Virus record (IMG/VR): IMGVR_UViG_3300045120_000341
Location: 1-61,859 of that record
DNA from: a virus
Lineage: Duplodnaviria > Caudoviricetes
Strand: one strand, 5' to 3'
Length of the DNA: 61,859 nt
Below the pieces are notes generated by a model. That model made no database searches. It saw only the letters and a list, made by a program, of their open reading frames with translations, and was not told the origin of the DNA. The translations under genes and the position numbers were made by a program. How positions within the stretch are numbered: the stretch's first letter is position 1; each line of letters opens with the position of its first letter. Shown in pieces: positions 1 through 9,887 of this stretch.

Positions 1-127
1 TGGTCGACGAATGGATCCCCGCCAGAGGCACCATGATATCCCCGCTGAGCGGCAGAAACAGAGTGCAGGCTCGGATTGGCCCAGAATGAAGAACAGGGAA
101 CCCACAACAGTATCACCCTCCTTGAAA
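1..127. repeat. Terminal direct repeat (circular assembly overlap), copy 1
   Basis: Bases 1-127 are identical to 61733-61859. 127 is a common assembler k-mer, and the repeat includes the 5' end of ORF 61216..61848. Confidence 0.95.
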
Positions 128-170
128 CCCATAAGTCGTAAGTAGTTGCGTCCAAATCAATCACCTTGTT

Positions 171-275
171 ACTGAATGAACTGAATGAAACTGATCGTAA
201 AAACCATTCCCCCCGTATAAAAAACAAGTAAGGCTTATATGGGGTCAGCCGTTCAGTTTCATTCAGTTATTCAGT
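171..275. other. Putative replication origin: inverted CTGAA iteron arms around an AT-rich core
   Basis: actgaatgaactgaatgaaactga (171-194) is the near-perfect reverse complement of tcagtttcattcagttattcagt (253-275). The spacer is AT-rich and the element lies immediately downstream of the primase-helicase. Confidence 0.6.
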
Positions 276-281
276 TACCTC

Positions 282-2522
282 TCACTCCGGAACTACGTCG
301 TCGATGGTCTTGGCGTCGCCCTTTATCAGCCGGATCCCGATCGCGACCATGCCGCCGTCGCTGGCACCGCGTTTGACTTCGTGGCCTAGGTTTCTGACCT
401 CGCCGGCGAATGCTCGGTTGGATCCGTACCGCTCGCCGTTCTCGTCGCACCATCCGACGTACGCCTTGTACAGTTCCTTTAATGCCACTCGCTCCCACGT
501 TTGACCGTTGGCCACCCGTTCCTCGAAGAATCGGCCGACTACGTTCTCGCCGCTCCGGTAGTCCTCGGTCTGGGTCTGAACCTCCGGCGGCGCACCCAAT
601 CCGTGTTTGAGGAACGCGACAGCCCCGCGGATGATCCAGGCGAGGATGCCAGGGGCCTCGGTCTGTAATTGATCGGGGAGTGCCTTATTCTGTCGCAGGT
701 GTTCCGGACCGACCTTTCCGGCGTCGGGATCCCAGAATTTGACCTCGAACGGTACAAGGGAAACCCGCCGCCAGATTCCGTCGTCGGTGTCGGGAATTCT
801 CGGCCGGTGGTTCGTGCAAAGAATTAAGGTGTGTGTGGCTTTGAACTGGAAGAAGTCCATCCTCATCCGGCGGGCCCGGATCGGTTCCCCGCCGGTGAGT
901 GATTTGACCAAGGCGGCGTCGAGTTTCTTTCCCTTTTCGGTTTCGGCCACGACGACCATTCGTTTTCCGTAAAGGTCGGCCAGTTCCGTCGGGTGGCTTT
1001 CGTGACTTTTGGACATGAGAAAATTGTTCGGTGCCTGCATGGCGTAGTCCGACCCGAGCACGTCCATCACGGTATTGAGGATTGTGCTTTTTCCGTTCGA
1101 TCCGTTGCCGTGGAAGATCGGTAGGACGGCCCGCGTATAGCCGGTCGCGGACAGGCCGATGAGTCTCTGTACATAATCGATCAGGGGCCGGTTACCACCC
1201 CTGGCGGGGTCCGAGGGGTCGGCCGGAAAAATCAGATTCAGCGTGTTATCCCATAGCGGGCAAGTTGCGTTCGGATCGTGAGGGGTCGGGCAGAGTTTTG
1301 TAATTAAATCTTTGCGATCGTGAGGCTTGATTACGCCGCTGTGAAGGTTGACGGTCCCATTCATGCAGTTCAAAAGTTCGTGGTGCGAGTCCATGTCATT
1401 GACGCCGACGACGATTGAAGGGTGTGCCGACGCGAGCTTGATAATTGCGGCGATCGACCGGGCCGACTCGCTGCGGATGGCGTGTTCGTAAACGGCCTTG
1501 CTGAGTGTGCGGTCTTCAATTTTCACTGCTTCTCCCCGAATGCTCCGGACCGTTTCGACGGTGAGCGGTTGTACTTTGTTGAGTTCGTCGTCCATAAATC
1601 GCCTACCTTCCCAGGCGTACCACTTGCCGATCGTCGGCGGGTATCGAAGATCTTTTCCGTATAGGTCGACGAGTCGTTCGGCGTTGCCTTGATCGGTCAG
1701 TGGTCGGCCGCCGGCCTGGAACTGGATGGAAGTCTCCGGCTTCGCCTCGGCGTGCGACTCGGCCAGCTTGAGCAACTGCTCCCGCGTGCCGCCGGCCGCG
1801 ATCCAGTCGGACACGTCTCCTTTTTCCGCCAGACCTGGGAGCAGCAGCGTTTTCACAGACGCCGCGACCCCCCGGAGTCTCACCGACACGTCAATAACGT
1901 GGAGTTTTCCGGCCTCGTCGTTGTCCTGGAGCACTATGACCGGCCGTCCGCCGAACGCTTTTTTCAACACCTCCTTTTTGATGAACTTCAATTTGCTGCT
2001 GCCGCCCGGGTTCGTCGTGGCGACCACCCCGAGTTTGACGAGGTTGTCGACGTCTTTTTCGCCTTCCGGATAGAAGATCACTTCGCCCGGCGGCGCCGCG
2101 ACGAGTTCCGGGTAGCGATAGGGAACCTTCGGCAGCCCTTTTACCTTCCACGTCCCATCCGCCGCCCGTTGTTTGAAGTCCTTCGGCGAGTGTAGCCGGA
2201 CCACCTGGTAGATCAGTTTCCCTTCGAGGTCGCGGTAGTCGTAAACCCGGTCGATCCGTCCTTCCGGTGCACCTTCACGCGGCGGCAGGATGTCCTTGAA
2301 CGTCAACCCGACGGCCCGGAGCACGTCCTTTGTCGGGCACTTCTGCGACCGGCAGACGATCAGGATCTTGTCGTCCTCTTTCAGCGTGACGAGGAGCGAC
2401 GGCGAATGATCGTTGTGGGCCGGGCAGAGTGCCAGCCATTCGCGTCCCGATGATCCTTCCGGCCGGACGGCCTGTAGCTTAGGCAACAGGCGGTCGAGGG
2501 CATCCATTCCGTGTGATGACAT
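282..2522 (-). CDS. Primase-helicase (Zn finger + TOPRIM + D5/P4-family SF3 helicase)
   Basis: CPAHND..C..C Zn finger; EGEKD and DND TOPRIM motifs; TDQGNAER D5_N; Walker A GNGSNGKS. Confidence 0.92.
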   Translation of the reverse strand: MSSHGMDALDRLLPKLQAVRPEGSSGREWLALCPAHNDHSPSLLVTLKEDDKILIVCRSQKCPTKDVLRAVGLTFKDILPPREGAPEGRIDRVYDYRDLEGKLIYQVVRLHSPKDFKQRAADGTWKVKGLPKVPYRYPELVAAPPGEVIFYPEGEKDVDNLVKLGVVATTNPGGSSKLKFIKKEVLKKAFGGRPVIVLQDNDEAGKLHVIDVSVRLRGVAASVKTLLLPGLAEKGDVSDWIAAGGTREQLLKLAESHAEAKPETSIQFQAGGRPLTDQGNAERLVDLYGKDLRYPPTIGKWYAWEGRRFMDDELNKVQPLTVETVRSIRGEAVKIEDRTLSKAVYEHAIRSESARSIAAIIKLASAHPSIVVGVNDMDSHHELLNCMNGTVNLHSGVIKPHDRKDLITKLCPTPHDPNATCPLWDNTLNLIFPADPSDPARGGNRPLIDYVQRLIGLSATGYTRAVLPIFHGNGSNGKSTILNTVMDVLGSDYAMQAPNNFLMSKSHESHPTELADLYGKRMVVVAETEKGKKLDAALVKSLTGGEPIRARRMRMDFFQFKATHTLILCTNHRPRIPDTDDGIWRRVSLVPFEVKFWDPDAGKVGPEHLRQNKALPDQLQTEAPGILAWIIRGAVAFLKHGLGAPPEVQTQTEDYRSGENVVGRFFEERVANGQTWERVALKELYKAYVGWCDENGERYGSNRAFAGEVRNLGHEVKRGASDGGMVAIGIRLIKGDAKTIDDVVPE

Positions 2523-4730
2523 CTATTTCGCTGCCCCCTCTCGCGTGGCAAAGACTCCGAGTATCGTCTGCCGGCGGTCCGTTTCAATCCGCGTCGCGGC
2601 GTTTCGGATCCCCTTGTCGTCCCCGATGACCACCGCCGTCCGCCTGGCCCGCGTCACGGCGGTGTAGAACAGGTTTCGGTGTTGCATGAATGCGTGGGCC
2701 TGCGGGCAGACGTAGACCATGCAGGGCCATTCCGAGCCTTGTGACTTGTGGACCGAGATGACGTAGCCGAGTTCGACTTCGCCGCGGTCCTCGGGTGTGT
2801 AGACCGCATTCTGTCCGTCCTCGAATTCGACGATCAGGACCGGGTCCGTGGCGACCACGATCCCCTGGTGGCCGTTCATGACGTTCAGCTTGTAGTTATT
2901 CTTCGTCTGAATGACCTTGTCGCCGACCAGAGGTTTGCCGCGTCGGTCGTCGGCGGGATCAGGGTCGGGCATATGCGGGTTCCTCATCTGCTGGATCACC
3001 TTGTTTAGGTAGATCGTGCCGAACGGCCCTTTATGTTTGGCCGTGAGGAATTGCGTGTCGGTCACCGGGTCGAACTTCCACGCGGGCAGATATTCTTCGA
3101 ACAGTCGCCGCACGGCCTTCTGGATCAGTTCGGGCGAGTCGAGTTGCCGGTGTACCAGCCACGGCGACGGCTCGTCTTCCACGGCGGACGGCTGGACCTT
3201 GCCTTCGAGGATCTTCGTGCAGTTCGTCTTCAGCGTCCCCGCCTGGCGGTGACACCCGACCAGTCGGGCGACGGGCGCGAGGTTGTGGACGAGGATGTCA
3301 CGGAGCACGGCCCCTGCGCCTACCGGTGAAAGTTGATTATCGTCGCCGATCAGGACAAGACACGTTCGCGGCCCGGCGGCCTTGCAGAGCTTGTACGCCA
3401 GCGAGGAGTCGACCATCGAGACCTCGTCGACGATGACCAGCCCTTCGGGTAGTACGCTGTCGGTCTCCCAGGACGATTCGATTCCCAGCCCGAGTAGACG
3501 GTGAATCGTGCTAGCCTTGCCGCCGGTGAGTTCTTCCAGGCGGCGGGCCGCTTTGCCAGTCGGGGCGGCGTAGGTCACGTCGATATCGATGTCCGAGAAG
3601 GACTTCGCGATGGCGCGGGCGACTAGGGTTTTCCCGGCCCCGGCGCCGCCGGTAACGACCGCGACTTTATGGCGGAGGCACGTCTCGACAGCGGCAAGTT
3701 GGCCGTCGTCGAGGGTAATGTTCTTACCCTTGGGACCAGACATGAGGCGGTACATTTTCGCCGTACGTTCGGCGTTCCCCGGCGGGATGAACGGGTTCGG
3801 CTGACGGCCTGCCTTGAAGAAGTTCCAGAGGAATTCTTCGTTCCGGTACGCCGGCGGCGTGGCGTAGTATTTCCAGCCGCACGCGGCGTCAGGCCCGGTG
3901 ATGATCTTCAGCCGCTTCTTCTCTTCCGCCTCGCCCGACGCCTTCTCGATATCCGCCTCGGTACACGTCCCGGCATCGTCCCGGATTCCGAGCTTTCCTA
4001 ACACCTCGTTGTGCGTCTCCCCGGCGTCCCGGCAGGTATGTCCGTCCTGTTGCGATTCCTTGACTGTCCACTCCACGGCAGCCCGGATCCGCCTTGGGTC
4101 GTAGTGGGCCAGCCCGACCTTCTTCGCGATCTCGTCGATCTTCGCCCAGCCCAGTCCGTCCACTTCGCCGAGCAGCATGTACGGGTCGTCCTTGAGTAAC
4201 GCCCCCGCAGTCCCCTTGAACCGATGCATGAGGATTTCAACCTGGTGGCGGGTCAGTCCGAGTGCCGCGAGTTCGGTCACGGCCGAAATCTTCTCCGCGT
4301 CTTCCTGCCAGAGTTTCGCGATCAGTTCGACGGTCGTCAGTGGCAGCCCGGCCTCGGCCGCGACGATCTCCGGTTCCGATCGGCACCGATCCGGGAGTTC
4401 CATACCGAACTCGTCGACCAGCCTGCCGGCCTTGACCGCCCCGACGCCGGATACGGTCCAGGTCAGCCAAATCTTCAGGCCGTCCGGGTCGGCTGGCACG
4501 ATTGCGATGGCCGTATCTGCGGCGAACTGCTTCCCGTACTTTTCGTGGATCTGCCACTCGCCGGTGAGCTGGATGTGATCGCCCTGGCGGACGTACCCAC
4601 GGACGCTGAACTTGACGCGAGACTTACCCGTCATGATCGTCCCGGCGGAGAACCGGGGCGACTGGTAGGCGAGGAACTCGACGCGGCCGGTGATCTCGGT
4701 AGTAGGCTTCGCGGTGGCGGGCATTGTCAT
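2523..4730 (-). CDS. recD2: RecD2-like SF1B helicase
   Basis: N-terminal OB and HhH region, GGAGAGKT, APTGKAA, TIHRLL, VDEVSM, GDDNQL, SVHKSQGSE, YTAVTRA. Confidence 0.92.
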   Translation of the reverse strand: MTMPATAKPTTEITGRVEFLAYQSPRFSAGTIMTGKSRVKFSVRGYVRQGDHIQLTGEWQIHEKYGKQFAADTAIAIVPADPDGLKIWLTWTVSGVGAVKAGRLVDEFGMELPDRCRSEPEIVAAEAGLPLTTVELIAKLWQEDAEKISAVTELAALGLTRHQVEILMHRFKGTAGALLKDDPYMLLGEVDGLGWAKIDEIAKKVGLAHYDPRRIRAAVEWTVKESQQDGHTCRDAGETHNEVLGKLGIRDDAGTCTEADIEKASGEAEEKKRLKIITGPDAACGWKYYATPPAYRNEEFLWNFFKAGRQPNPFIPPGNAERTAKMYRLMSGPKGKNITLDDGQLAAVETCLRHKVAVVTGGAGAGKTLVARAIAKSFSDIDIDVTYAAPTGKAARRLEELTGGKASTIHRLLGLGIESSWETDSVLPEGLVIVDEVSMVDSSLAYKLCKAAGPRTCLVLIGDDNQLSPVGAGAVLRDILVHNLAPVARLVGCHRQAGTLKTNCTKILEGKVQPSAVEDEPSPWLVHRQLDSPELIQKAVRRLFEEYLPAWKFDPVTDTQFLTAKHKGPFGTIYLNKVIQQMRNPHMPDPDPADDRRGKPLVGDKVIQTKNNYKLNVMNGHQGIVVATDPVLIVEFEDGQNAVYTPEDRGEVELGYVISVHKSQGSEWPCMVYVCPQAHAFMQHRNLFYTAVTRARRTAVVIGDDKGIRNAATRIETDRRQTILGVFATREGAAK

Positions 4731-4733
4731 CCT

Positions 4734-5201
4734 CTATCGAGTGGCGCATTCGGGCCCGAAGCCGATCTCGATCGACTCCGGCGTGGTGAGTAACCTGTTG
4801 CACCTCATACAGCGCTTAGCGACCCGCAGTTCATAGCCGTCGAGTTCTTCGCCGTGGGTCAAGTCCCAAAGGATCGCGGCGTACTGCTGTTGTTTGCTCG
4901 GACTGAACGGTCCCGACCGGAACCGCTGCCATACCCCGATCCCGTCGTCGTTCACGAAGGCGAACGATTCGTACTCGTCGGTGTTATCCGGTCCGATCAG
5001 CAGTCCGATCGTCCGGCGGCCCCGGAATGCGTTCTTGCGTTCGGTGCGGACCCGGAACGTCCGATGTTCGCCCGACGGGAATACCAGCGTGTACGTGCCG
5101 TTTGGCAGGTAGTCTTGCGGCATATCCGACGCACGGGGGAGCGCCGCCGGCGAGAGCAGCCGATCGGCCGCGTCGTCGAGTGCGTCGAGTGTGGTGGTCA
5201 T
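4734..5201 (-). CDS. DUF6011-like Zn-finger protein
   Basis: C-terminal CMRCNRLLTTPESIEIGFGPEC. Start placed at the ATG overlapping the upstream TGA (ATGA). Confidence 0.75.
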   Translation of the reverse strand: MTTTLDALDDAADRLLSPAALPRASDMPQDYLPNGTYTLVFPSGEHRTFRVRTERKNAFRGRRTIGLLIGPDNTDEYESFAFVNDDGIGVWQRFRSGPFSPSKQQQYAAILWDLTHGEELDGYELRVAKRCMRCNRLLTTPESIEIGFGPECATR

Positions 5202-5653
5202 GCCGCGACTCCGGGAAGGCTGTACTTCTTCACGGCCAAACTCAGAAACCGTTCCGCCCCTTTTTCGCAGAGCGACCGTTCGCCCCACCAGAGGACCGGG
5301 ATACCGTGATCGATCAGGCACGAATTGCATCGGCCCCATACAGAATTCGGGTCGGCGTCCGACTCGTACCGTTTCAGCCAAAGGTCGGTCACGTCGGCCT
5401 CGACCACAATCACGGCCAGATCGAAGCCGGCGAGACGATTCAGTTCCTTGCGGAACCGGATCCAGTCGTGAACCACGGTGTTGACTAAATCCCCTAGAGA
5501 CTTCCGTTCGATCCGGATTCGATCCTCCAGGCCGGCGATCGTGTAATCGCCGGCCCAGATGGTCGCGGTGGCGGTTTGGAACTTCTCCGGCGAGAACTTC
5601 CACGGCCGCTGCTCGCGCGTGTCAATCAGGATCGTCGGGAGCGTCCGTTCCAC
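5198..5653 (-). CDS. ERCC4-domain nuclease (probable junction resolvase)
   Basis: IDTREQ, GDY and IERKS ERCC4 motifs. Confidence 0.88.
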   Translation of the reverse strand: MERTLPTILIDTREQRPWKFSPEKFQTATATIWAGDYTIAGLEDRIRIERKSLGDLVNTVVHDWIRFRKELNRLAGFDLAVIVVEADVTDLWLKRYESDADPNSVWGRCNSCLIDHGIPVLWWGERSLCEKGAERFLSLAVKKYSLPGVAA

Positions 5654-5655
5654 CG

Positions 5656-6177
5656 TTACACCTTGAAGGGGGCCTGGGTGTCCGCCGAGGCGTTCAGTTC
5701 CGCGGCACCGATCTTGGCGGGCTTGCCGTCGGTCGCGATCCGCTCGTTCACATACAGGTTGGCGTAGCCGCCCTTGTTCGTGACCTTCTTGCCCTTGAAC
5801 CGCATCCCGCAGAGTGTCGCCGACGCCTTGACGAGTTCCTTGGAGAACGGGCGGCCGGCTTCCTTCTTCCAGTTTTCCTCGTCGAACCCGAGCGTTTTCA
5901 AATCCTTCCGCAGGATGCCGATCGCGACGTCGTTCGGCCCCTTGTCGTTCGTCAGGAAGTGCGGGACGTCGACCACCGTCCCGGCTGAGTTCCCGTCGAT
6001 GACTTCGAGTTCCATCTTGAACAGTTGCTGGCCGTTCTTGGTCGGGGCCAGCGACGCTCCGGTCACTTCGAACTGATAGTCCCCGTCGGGGAGGTTCTTC
6101 AGTTCCTTCGCCGCGTAGCCCGATCCGGCCGGCACGTCGTCGGCCCGGGTATCGAGTTCTTCAAGGGTCGTACTCAT
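5656..6177 (-). CDS. DUF669-like single-stranded DNA-binding protein
   Basis: LPDGDYQFEV motif, acidic/PF tail, adjacent to a Sak4-like ATPase. Confidence 0.65.
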   Translation of the reverse strand: MSTTLEELDTRADDVPAGSGYAAKELKNLPDGDYQFEVTGASLAPTKNGQQLFKMELEVIDGNSAGTVVDVPHFLTNDKGPNDVAIGILRKDLKTLGFDEENWKKEAGRPFSKELVKASATLCGMRFKGKKVTNKGGYANLYVNERIATDGKPAKIGAAELNASADTQAPFKV

Positions 6178-6300
6178 GACTTCTGTCCTACCTCTCGGGT
6201 TTGGAGAAAGGTCTTCACTCGTTCGCGTTCGTAGGCGTGAGTGATCCAGGTCGGCGGGTAGCCCAGAACGTCCAGGCCCGCCTTGTACCAGTCTGCGTAA

Positions 6301-7329
6301 CTAACTTTTCGAGCCTGCCGGGACGGACCCGGTGAATGCCGGATCCGTCGCCGGCAGGATTTGCTCCTTTCGCGTCTTGAACCTGCCGCCGAGGAAGGCG
6401 ACGTCGTCGGAGGAAATGTGTTTGTCGGCCACCGCTTTGTTGAGGGCATCTGCACAAATCTGAAGTTGCTCAAGGTTGAGCGCTTCGGCGATCATGTTCG
6501 AAAGGCTGAGGCGGCTCGGCTTGCCGTTCGTCTGGGTAGCGGGAGGTGGGTCTGCGGCCGGCGTCCCCTTCACGCCAGGCTCGTCCATCGCCCTTGGCGT
6601 CTCCGTCGCAGGCGTCGCTGACTTTAACCAGTCGAACATCGGCCGCCAGAACGCCGGTCCGGGCTTCATCCCCGTGGCGTCCTGCATCGCCGAACACCGG
6701 GACTTCGAAATCTTGATCTGGTGGGAAATGTCGACCGACCCGTACACGTCGAATTCGTACTCCATCCCTTCCCGTTGGATCGGGGCCGTGCCGATCTTCT
6801 TCGGCGCTTGTACTTCTTTCCCCGAACTGTTGACGACCGTCTCCATGACGTAGTCCGTCTTGGACCGCATTGTGGCGATGATGTGTGCCTTCGACTGGAT
6901 CATCCCGTCTATCAGCTTCCGGTGGATGGGCGTCGCGTCCTTCCAGGCCGTGAACTTACCGCCCTTGGCGTCGACGATATCCAGCACCCCGCCCTTGCCC
7001 TGCCAGGCGTGGGAGATCGAGTCGATCACGATCACGTCGTACCCCGACTGTTCGGCGGACTGGATCGCGGCGACGTACTGGTCGGGGTTGAACTGGTCGA
7101 GCTTCAGGGCGTCGAACTGCCACGGTTGACCGTCGGGCGATTCCCCGGCGTAGAGCGAGGCCGACCCGTTCTCGGTGTCGATCACCGCGAGCTTCGTGGC
7201 GAGCCCGGCGTCGATCAGCGAGAACCCGAGACGGAGTGCGGAGAATGTCTTCCCCGACCCGCTCGGGCCGTCGATCGCGGCCCGAAGTTTCTGTTGTGAT
7301 CGTTCGGCCTTCTTGAATGTAAATCTCAT
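6301..7329 (-). CDS. Sak4-like AAA recombinase
   Basis: GPSGSGKT, IDTENGS, VIDSISH, YEFD. Confidence 0.85.
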   Translation of the reverse strand: MRFTFKKAERSQQKLRAAIDGPSGSGKTFSALRLGFSLIDAGLATKLAVIDTENGSASLYAGESPDGQPWQFDALKLDQFNPDQYVAAIQSAEQSGYDVIVIDSISHAWQGKGGVLDIVDAKGGKFTAWKDATPIHRKLIDGMIQSKAHIIATMRSKTDYVMETVVNSSGKEVQAPKKIGTAPIQREGMEYEFDVYGSVDISHQIKISKSRCSAMQDATGMKPGPAFWRPMFDWLKSATPATETPRAMDEPGVKGTPAADPPPATQTNGKPSRLSLSNMIAEALNLEQLQICADALNKAVADKHISSDDVAFLGGRFKTRKEQILPATDPAFTGSVPAGSKS

Positions 7330-7371
7330 GTCACAGTCTCCAATCTTGCCCGGCCGGTTGGCCAAGGGCGG

Positions 7372-7557
7372 TTAGGGAACAAGAATCAGATTCGATTGCG
7401 TCTCGCACCGCGGGTCCGCGTCCCGGGCGTCGAGGGGGCGGTGGCAGAGAGAGCAGTTTGTCGCCCGCATCCCAATGGCCCAAGCGAGGTAGAACACGGC
7501 GACGGCGACCCACGAGGTCAGGACGAACGTCACCGGTATCCAGTACCACGCGACCAC
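7372..7557 (-). CDS. Small membrane protein
   Basis: One hydrophobic helix plus CxxC; packed in operon. Confidence 0.5.
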   Translation of the reverse strand: MVAWYWIPVTFVLTSWVAVAVFYLAWAIGMRATNCSLCHRPLDARDADPRCETQSNLILVP

Positions 7558-7559
7558 GG

Positions 7560-8003
7560 TCAGGCTCCCACTGGATTACCCTGCCGCTCCGCCCGGCTCC
7601 GGTGCGCTTTCTTCATCGCCTGTCGCGTCGGCTTGCCGTTCAAGTCCTTGTCTTCAACCCGCCGGTATCGACCCTCTTTGTCCGCCTTCATCACGGTCCG
7701 CATCGAACGGAGTTCCTTGCGAACCCAGCCGCCCGGTTCCTTTGACTCCTTCAACACCTCGTCGAGCGTCTTGCCCAACGCCAGCTCGTACAGGTCCACC
7801 CGGCGTATCCCGAGTTCCTGATGGGCCTCGGATTCCGGATCACGTTCCGGCGGCAATGGCGGTTCGTTGTCCACGATGCCCAGGTAAAACGCGGTCGTCC
7901 GCACGCTCTCCGGGTTGTGACCGATTGCGGCCAGTGCCGAGATAATTTCCCGACGGGTGTAGCCCTTGGCGGACAGGTCAAGGATCTGCTGGCGAATAGT
8001 CAT
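7560..8003 (-). CDS. Hypothetical protein, possible N-terminal HTH
   Basis: ATGA overlap with the upstream gene; IRQQILDLSAKGYTRREI is HTH-like. Confidence 0.55.
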   Translation of the reverse strand: MTIRQQILDLSAKGYTRREIISALAAIGHNPESVRTTAFYLGIVDNEPPLPPERDPESEAHQELGIRRVDLYELALGKTLDEVLKESKEPGGWVRKELRSMRTVMKADKEGRYRRVEDKDLNGKPTRQAMKKAHRSRAERQGNPVGA

Positions 8004-8780
8004 TCGTGCTCCATCAGGCGGCGTCCTATGAACTCGGCGACTTGGGGGACGACGGCGTTGCCGAGTCCGCTAAGTCTGTCCATCCGATTGGGAAGCCCAT
8101 CATCCACTCGTATTGCCAGGGACGGATCGACACATTCGCCATCGGCGTTCCACGGTAGGGATTCTTGCTCCCCCCAAGCTCTCGCCAGGTTCCCGCGTTG
8201 TTCCCGCCATGCGTGTTCGGCGTTGGCAACCAGCGCCGGCATCCAGGATGTTTCATCATTGACGGGGCAGTCTGATTTGCTGTTGATGTCGGAGTAGCCA
8301 ACCACGAACGTGCGGGCGCGGAGATGAGGCGCGCCAAAGAGTCCAGCCGGTAGAGTTTCCCATTCCGCATCGTACCCGCATTTGGATAAGTCCCCGAGAA
8401 CCTGTCCCAAGTCTCCATTAAGCAACGCTGCCACGTTCTCCACGACGATGAGGCGGGGTCGTACCAAGCGAACGATCCTCGAGAACTGACGCCAGAGCCC
8501 GGATTGCTCGCCACCGATGCCGACCTTTTTCCCGGCCGAGCTGATGTCCTGGCACGGGAACCCGCCGCAGATAACGTCCGGTCGCTCAAAGTCTTCCCCA
8601 GTAAAAGTTCGTACGTCGTCCCACTTCGGCACGTCTGGCCAGTGTTTCGTCAGCACCTTCCGGCAATACGGATCAATCTCCACTTGCCACACGCATCGCA
8701 TACCGGCCCGCTCAAAGCCGAGGTCAAAGCCGCCGATACCAGCAAAACAAACTGCCGAAGGTCAGAGACTTAACTGGCAT
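8000..8780 (-). pseudogene. C5 cytosine methyltransferase alpha chain with a 1-nt frameshift in motif I
   Basis: GGFPCQD, ENV, PHLR and GNAV motifs. The ATG at 8780 reads MPVKSLTFGSLF, but an extra T at 8744-8747 separates it from AGIGGFDLG. Confidence 0.75.
8026..8589 (-). CDS. C5 methyltransferase beta chain encoded in an overlapping frame
   Basis: The alternative frame inside alpha carries LPTP repeats and the motif IX-like EWMMGFPIGWT that is missing from alpha (M.EcoHK31I-type arrangement). Confidence 0.75.
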   Translation of the reverse strand: MSDRTLSAAGSRARTSARPGKRSASVASNPGSGVSSRGSFAWYDPASSSWRTWQRCLMETWDRFSGTYPNAGTMRNGKLYRLDSLARLISAPARSWLATPTSTANQTAPSMMKHPGCRRWLPTPNTHGGNNAGTWRELGGSKNPYRGTPMANVSIRPWQYEWMMGFPIGWTDLADSATPSSPKSPSS

Positions 8781-9225
8781 TTGGCACCTCCTTCTTCCGA
8801 AATCTTCCAGATGAATTCCGCTCCCGGGCGCCATTCAGTTTTCGATGGTGCGACGAATGCTCACCCGCAGACATCAATTGAAGGTTTTCAAGACGGTTGT
8901 CTTTCTTGTCGTGATTCTTGTGATGAACAACTTCAGTGCTAGACAGCCTCCGGCCAATGCTCAATTCCATAACGGCAACGTGTTCAAACACGTATCCAGC
9001 TCGTCTCGGCCACGGGTGGGCAGGGAGATAGAGCTTTACGTAGCCGTCCCTGTCTATTCGCCGTCCGCCGCGCCAAGCCGGGTGGTTTGCACCAGTGCGA
9101 CCCGACAGATGCTTGCCAGGAGTCGTGCATTTGCGGCAAAGCTCAGCGTAATAGTCCTTCCGCTTCCCGCACTGCGGGCAAGTTTGCTTGACTCTCGCCT
9201 TGTAGTTCTCAGGCCACCGCGGCAT
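8770..9225 (-). CDS. HNH endonuclease
   Basis: VHHKNHDKKDNRLENL; N-terminal CxxC..CxxC. Confidence 0.88.
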   Translation of the reverse strand: MPRWPENYKARVKQTCPQCGKRKDYYAELCRKCTTPGKHLSGRTGANHPAWRGGRRIDRDGYVKLYLPAHPWPRRAGYVFEHVAVMELSIGRRLSSTEVVHHKNHDKKDNRLENLQLMSAGEHSSHHRKLNGARERNSSGRFRKKEVPNAS

Positions 9226-9255
9226 TGAGGTAACTCCTGAACAGGCTGCCGAACG

Positions 9256-9453
9256 TCATGCCCGCACCCTCACCGGTTGCACTCCGTAGCACGCGGCGAA
9301 CCGCTCGACCTCGATCACGTCCGGGTCCTCCCAAGGTTCTGCGTCGTCGTCCGTGTCGTCATCCACCGGCGGCTTCGGCTGCTCCGGCGTCAGGTCGGAC
9401 AGCCACCTGAAGACGATGGCGAAGCAGATGGCGATGGGGACGAGGGCGGCCAT
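9256..9453 (-). CDS. Small membrane-anchored acidic protein
   Basis: N-terminal TM and acidic tail; in operon. Confidence 0.5.
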   Translation of the reverse strand: MAALVPIAICFAIVFRWLSDLTPEQPKPPVDDDTDDDAEPWEDPDVIEVERFAACYGVQPVRVRA

Positions 9454-9454
9454 G

Positions 9455-9760
9455 TCAGCGAACCTCCGCGGTCATGTCGAGTTTCCTGCGGTTGTACATG
9501 CCGAGCCGTTCGGCAATTCGCATCATCTGATTCGGTCGGTTACGCTTCTCGTTGAAGATCAGAGCACCGGCGCACGCCAGACTCTCAGCCGTGGCCGTGT
9601 AGCCGCTCCCGCCGTCCTCGTCGTCTCGAACCTCTGCCGTCTTGTGACAGGGGAAAGTCCCGTTGTCCGCGAACTGACGAAGCCGCCTCATCGGAAAGAA
9701 GTCCTTCATCTCAGCGAGAAAAGGACAGTCCTTACACGGCTTCGTCATCGTGAATTCCAT
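9455..9760 (-). CDS. Cys-rich phage protein (PCxxCPF..F.CH..CAG)
   Basis: KPCKDCPF, FPCHKT, CAG; RBS GAGGGAG before the ATG at 9760. Confidence 0.65.
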   Translation of the reverse strand: MEFTMTKPCKDCPFLAEMKDFFPMRRLRQFADNGTFPCHKTAEVRDDEDGGSGYTATAESLACAGALIFNEKRNRPNQMMRIAERLGMYNRRKLDMTAEVR

Positions 9761-9887
9761 TGTCTCCCTCGTGTCTCCAACCGCCGGCCGGTGGCCAGAT
9801 CGCCCTAATCCAGCACACTCGGCCGGCGTGGCTCCTTCCCCGTCACCGATCCTCAGTCTGGAACGTCCTGCTCCCCGGGGAATCTCG

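Noticed and set aside
1-127. Biological direct terminal repeat
   Set aside because: The length equals a standard assembler k-mer and it overlaps a gene start; best read as circular overlap.
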